Part shown: in pieces, positions 36,195 to 40,177 of the stretch | Layout of the letters: every line of letters begins with the position of its first letter | Numbering within the stretch: position 1 is the first letter of the stretch | NCBI RefSeq assembly: GCF_001186125.1 | Contig: NW_014040557.1 | Coordinates: forward strand, 265,488 to 305,664 | Origin: Sphaeroforma arctica JP610 | Taxonomy: Eukaryota | Direction: 5' to 3' | DNA length: 40,177 nt | Position numbers and translations under genes: made by a program | The notes under the pieces: generated by a model | What the model was told of the DNA's origin: nothing | Databases searched by the model: none | Seen by the model: the letters and a program-made list of their open reading frames with translations, nothing else

Positions 36195-37066
36195 CTATTG
36201 CATGATGGGCGCGTCCATTACTTTACTTTTGACTAGCTTAAATGCATCATCACATTCCTTAGTCCAAAGCTTTCCCAAAGGTCCTTTATGCAGCCTTAGT
36301 TGACTGAAAGGTTTTAAGCAATGAGAAAGATGAGGTACCAATTCCGAGAAGAAGTTAACAAACCCACACACAGTATTCACATCTCTTCCAGTAATCGGTG
36401 TTGATAAATCCAACAGAAATTGTTTCTTGCCAGGATCAATTTCAACCCCTGCTGCAGATACCTTGTAACCAAGTAAGTGTATGGTATCTTTAGCAAAAGA
36501 ACACTTGTCCTCGTTAATCTTAAGTTTGGCATGGTTTAGTCGCTTTAAGACTTCCTTAACGAGTTTAGCATGTTCATGTGCTGTCTCTGTAAAGATAACC
36601 ATATCATCTAAATATACTGATACGTTATCCGACAGGTCCGCAAATAGTTCCATCATAACTTGTTGGAAGAAAGAAGGTAACATGTGTAAGCCTTCAGGTG
36701 TACCTTTAAACTGGTACTTTTTACCTTGCCAAGTATAGGGAACGTATTTCCTATGCGGCTCATATATTTGTAATTGATAGAATAACCCTGAAAAACCGCT
36801 AAGAGAGCTAAGTCAACTAGAATTGCATCACAATTGATTTCAATTCGACCCTGTTTTAACCAATCTTCAATTAGGGTTTTGACAACGTCTTTGTGTCTCC
36901 AAGTCACGTAGTTATGTGAAGGACACTTTAACTTAGAGAAGTCGACGTTTGTTAAGTCAAGCTTAACATACCCGTTAAAGAACTTAAACATACACCAGTC
37001 GGTTATTGCAATCTTTCTGTTTTGTATAATTAAGTCCATAATTATATCGGTAAAGTGCGGAATCAT
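36195..37066 (-). pseudogene. Ty3/Gypsy reverse transcriptase
   Basis: WQGKKYQFKGTPEGL (alternative frame), PSFFQQVM, VYLDDMVIF, LKINEDKC, LLGYKVS, GFVNFF. An internal part of the N-terminal RT appears deleted. Confidence 0.92.
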
Positions 37067-37076
37067 ATCCTTTACT

Positions 37077-37502
37077 TCACCTTCCGGAGGTTTTATCTGA
37101 CTGATATTTATTTGGGTCTAGCCCATTAGGCAGAACAGTGAGAGTTATACCTAAACTGAGAAGATCAGTCATACCTATAATTAAATCGTATTTCTGAGAC
37201 ATGTCAGTAACGATGAGGTGAGTCTTTACTTCTCTTCTATCTGACAACATTATGTGTGCATAGTCAATGGCTTCTTCGCAAGTGGTAACTTTGCCATTTC
37301 CCAAGATTAAATTAGTTGTTTCGTTATGGATAGCCATATCTGCGTAGGCTACTCGGCGCGAGATAGCAGAGACTTCAGCCCCTGGATCTAAAAGTGCTAC
37401 AACTTTTTCTCCATTTACATAAACGGTTTGAAATATACGTTCATCTCCTTTGGTATAGATTTTATTGAACTTTTTCTCATAATCTTGCTCTAGTGCACAC
37501 AT
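37077..37502 (-). pseudogene. Retropepsin aspartic protease
   Basis: VNGEKVVALLDPGAEVSAIS...LGNG...YDLIIGMTDL. Confidence 0.88.
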
Positions 37503-37559
37503 ATGGAACTGTCAGTTCTTAACTTGGACGTCCGGTATGTCCTTGCAATTATCTTTGTG

Positions 37560-39107
37560 TCAACCGTTAGTACCCTTGCAAGTAGTACACTCTTTCCTAT
37601 AGTGTCCAAAGTTTGGCTTGCCTAGTGCACACTTCACAGAGTCGTGTTTACCATTCCACTTGCCATCACGTTTAGTGAGGTTATAACCACACTTCTTGCA
37701 AGGTGCTCTCTCCTTCCTTTCACCCTTTAGTTCAGTAGAAGTAGAGCCTTTACCACTTCCAGCAGTAGTGTGAGGTTTCTTAGTATTACGCGCAGTGTTA
37801 TTCTCTATCGCGGTACGCTTAGCGGGCTGGGTAAAGCTCGAGGTACTGAGCACTCTAATAGATAGGTTGGTATGCTTTTGAACTATCTTCTCAAAGACAG
37901 ACCAAGGCATAGATCGCAAATCACCATAGGCGATAATATCATCATTGACTACCTAGCAGCTTTATAAAGCTTGGTTCGAAGCATTCACGAGGCTCAGTGC
38001 TACGGGCTGCTAGTGTCAAGATGGAGTTTATCTCCTTTCTCTTGTTATCGATTAGATAGCGAATGTTATCCGCATTCTTATCGTCAAGGCCAGAGTCATT
38101 CAATAGACGGTCCTCAAGGACTTACATACCCGAACGTAATAGCCTGAGACGATGTTGTCTGGTTCTCACTTCCTCGTCTTCAGAGCTAGAGTTGGTACTC
38201 ACTAGTGAGGTACTGGTAGAACGATTTCCAAAGTCGTGATTACCAGGGTTAGATGGTAAATGAGGATCGATGTTATGAGGGTGGTAAGCCTCATCGATTT
38301 CCATACGATCATAGCCTCTGACACGGTTAGATTTGTCGAGAGGATGGTCGATTGTAGCTTCCGAGCTATAGAGATTAAATCTTGAGGTTTTACCCATTCC
38401 ACCAGCGGTAACTGGCTCAGCGGTTACCCTGCTGGCTGGTAAACCGGTAGGTCCCAGATTTGAAACCCGGCTCGGATTATTTTTTTCTTCGGTATAGGGA
38501 GAATATCGGCCACGTGGGATATGATCGAAGGGTCAGAAGCTGCGGCAGCGGCTAGCTCCTTTAAAAGCTCATCTTTGCGGTTCAAATGGCGTCGAGATTG
38601 AGAAGATCCAGCCACTCGTTGTTGAGTTGTGGCGTCCCCAACATTTGCGTCTTCCGCCCCAACATTCAGTGGTGAGGCATTCAATGAAATTTCACGAAAT
38701 GGAACGCCACCATCTTTGTTAATAGGTGGATTGGGCGGACTTTTAGTAGTAATAAACCTTCGATCTCGAGACGATTCCTTCACTTGTTCAGGAGATATAG
38801 CCTTTCCAATGTCTGACTTTTCGCGGTCAGTTGGCGAGCTGAGGCCCCGTGCTGCACTACTAGGAGACACACGGACGCTGGCGAGCATTTCCTCGGCAGT
38901 TGAGACCTCCACTTCCAAGGCTTTAGGGTCTGACGAGTCATCCTTAGAGATTTCTTCAGAACTAAGCTCAGAAACGGCTTCCTCTACAGCTTCAACGGCA
39001 GGCTCAGTACCAGACGGACCAGCGTCCCCAGTAACCTCAAGAACCTCAACAGGCTTACCAGGCTTAGAGCTGGCGGCTCCCTTGCCTTTAGAATTTCCTT
39101 TAGCTAT
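37560..39107 (-). pseudogene. gag region, fragmented, with a C-terminal Cys/His knuckle
   Basis: ORF 38424-38918 extends in frame to ATA at 39107 (probably a mutated ATG, MAKGNSKGKG). CKKC-x14-H-x4-C precedes the protease. Confidence 0.65.
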
Positions 39108-39126
39108 AGTAATAGCTCAAGAATAG

Positions 39127-39875
39127 GAAAATTAATAAAGTCTAGGAATAGTAACTAGCGTGTAGCTAACTTTAGGGTAGTATTAGCCACTATGAGGTAG
39201 TATAGAATACTTACAGTCCTTTCGCTGGATAGTAAGCAATTGTTAGACAGTCTAGAAGCAGTACACTACGGTAACTACTAAATAATTGAAATTATATAGA
39301 CTTCGATGGATATTTCGATGTTTTAATCTATATTATATAAACTAAGATACAATTTAAGACAGTTAGGATTTAGCAGTGGTAGCTTGTGTAAGAATGATCG
39401 GGACTACCTCTTGGTAAGAGCCCTAATATCCTCGATCACACTGGACGTACCTCTAGCTATTCTTTATTGAATAATTCTCACTAGAAGTACCAAGTGTTCA
39501 TGACCACATGCGAAAATGAATAAAGTCTAGGAATAGTAACTAGCGTGTAGCTAACTTTAGGGTAGTATTAGCCACTATGAGGTAGTATAGAATACTTACA
39601 GTCCTTTCGCTGGATAGTAAGCAATTGTTAGACAGTCTAGAAGCAGTACACTACGGTAACTACTAAATAATTGAAAATATATAGACTTCGATGGATATTT
39701 CGATGTTTTAATCTATGTTATATAAACTAAGATACAATTTAAGACAGTTAGGATTTAGCAGTGGTAGCTTGTGTAAGAATGATCGGGACTACCTCTTGGT
39801 AAGAGCCTTAATATCCTCGATCACACTGGACGTACCTCTAGCTATTCTTTATTGAATAATTCTCACTAGAAGTAC
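39127..39875. repeat. 385-bp tandem duplication overlapping the inner end of the 5' LTR
   Basis: 39127-39490 is near-identical to 39512-39875. Confidence 0.95.
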
Positions 39876-40177
39876 AAACCCTGTAGATAGATATAAGAAC
39901 GTAAGTCAAGTTAATACATTGGCTAATATAAATAAAGTTCCATCTGAAGAAAAGTTAGAAAAAGAAAAAGACATATTGGATTTTGGAGATTGGCGGGAAG
40001 ACCAAAACCTGTCTGTAGTAGTTCAGAGATTATTAAATTCAGTTTATAATATCCTACATCTACTATCGTCTCAAATAGATCCAAGTAAATGAGTCATACC
40101 AAATACTCAGGCTATTGGAGCCATCAAAGTGAATTTCGAACACTTTCGAAATATTGGAGAAAAAAAAACTTGTATTA
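39161..40177 (-). repeat. 5' LTR (rearranged; cut by the window edge)
   Basis: Matches the 32270-33651 LTR. The inner boundary is inferred from TGTAG at 39161, which mirrors CTACA at 33732-33736. Confidence 0.75.

Larger units (their letters stand above)
32270..40177 (-). mobile_element. Ty3/Gypsy LTR retrotransposon carrying a Dam-like N6-adenine methyltransferase domain; decayed
   Basis: Direct LTRs on both sides, a PPT, and the domain order gag-PR-RT-RH-MT-INT. Confidence 0.88.

Noticed and set aside
35118..37066. Calling the RT-RH-MT block a DIRS element
   Set aside because: No tyrosine recombinase was seen. A protease, a DDE integrase, a PPT and direct LTRs are present, and the RT/RH motifs are Gypsy-like.

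Overview
Eukaryotic, transposon-dense, gapped draft sequence with six N-gaps, spliceosomal-type splice signals and (TA)n/(TG)n microsatellites. No prokaryotic operon, rRNA, tRNA or CRISPR array was found. From left to right: (1) a decayed minus-strand LINE (APE + RT) whose upstream ORF abuts a 435-bp TG..CA LTR; (2) a ~9.1-kb ISL2EU/PHIS-type DNA transposon (3953-13073) bounded by imperfect ~100-bp inverted repeats, with a minus-strand THAP...HTH-DDE_Tnp_4 transposase split by nested piggyBac and Gypsy-integrase fragments and a convergent plus-strand accessory region that encodes an EXO1/FEN1(XPG)-type nuclease plus a SWIM finger, where a lambda-type YqaJ exonuclease is expected; (3) a Gypsy integrase, PPT and a second copy of the 435-bp LTR in inverted orientation; (4) a large repeat-rich spliced host gene (about 20.9-28.4 kb); (5) a probable MULE remnant; (6) a near-complete minus-strand Ty3/Gypsy element (32270-40177) with the order gag-protease-RT-RNaseH-[Dam-like N6-adenine methyltransferase, IDMFA...NPPW]-DDE integrase-chromo-like tail. 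The two most unusual systems are the methyltransferase-carrying Gypsy element and the EXO1+SWIM ISL2EU-like transposon. Both are decayed copies and each has an assembly gap at a key junction. All family calls come from motif recognition by eye, not from database searches.
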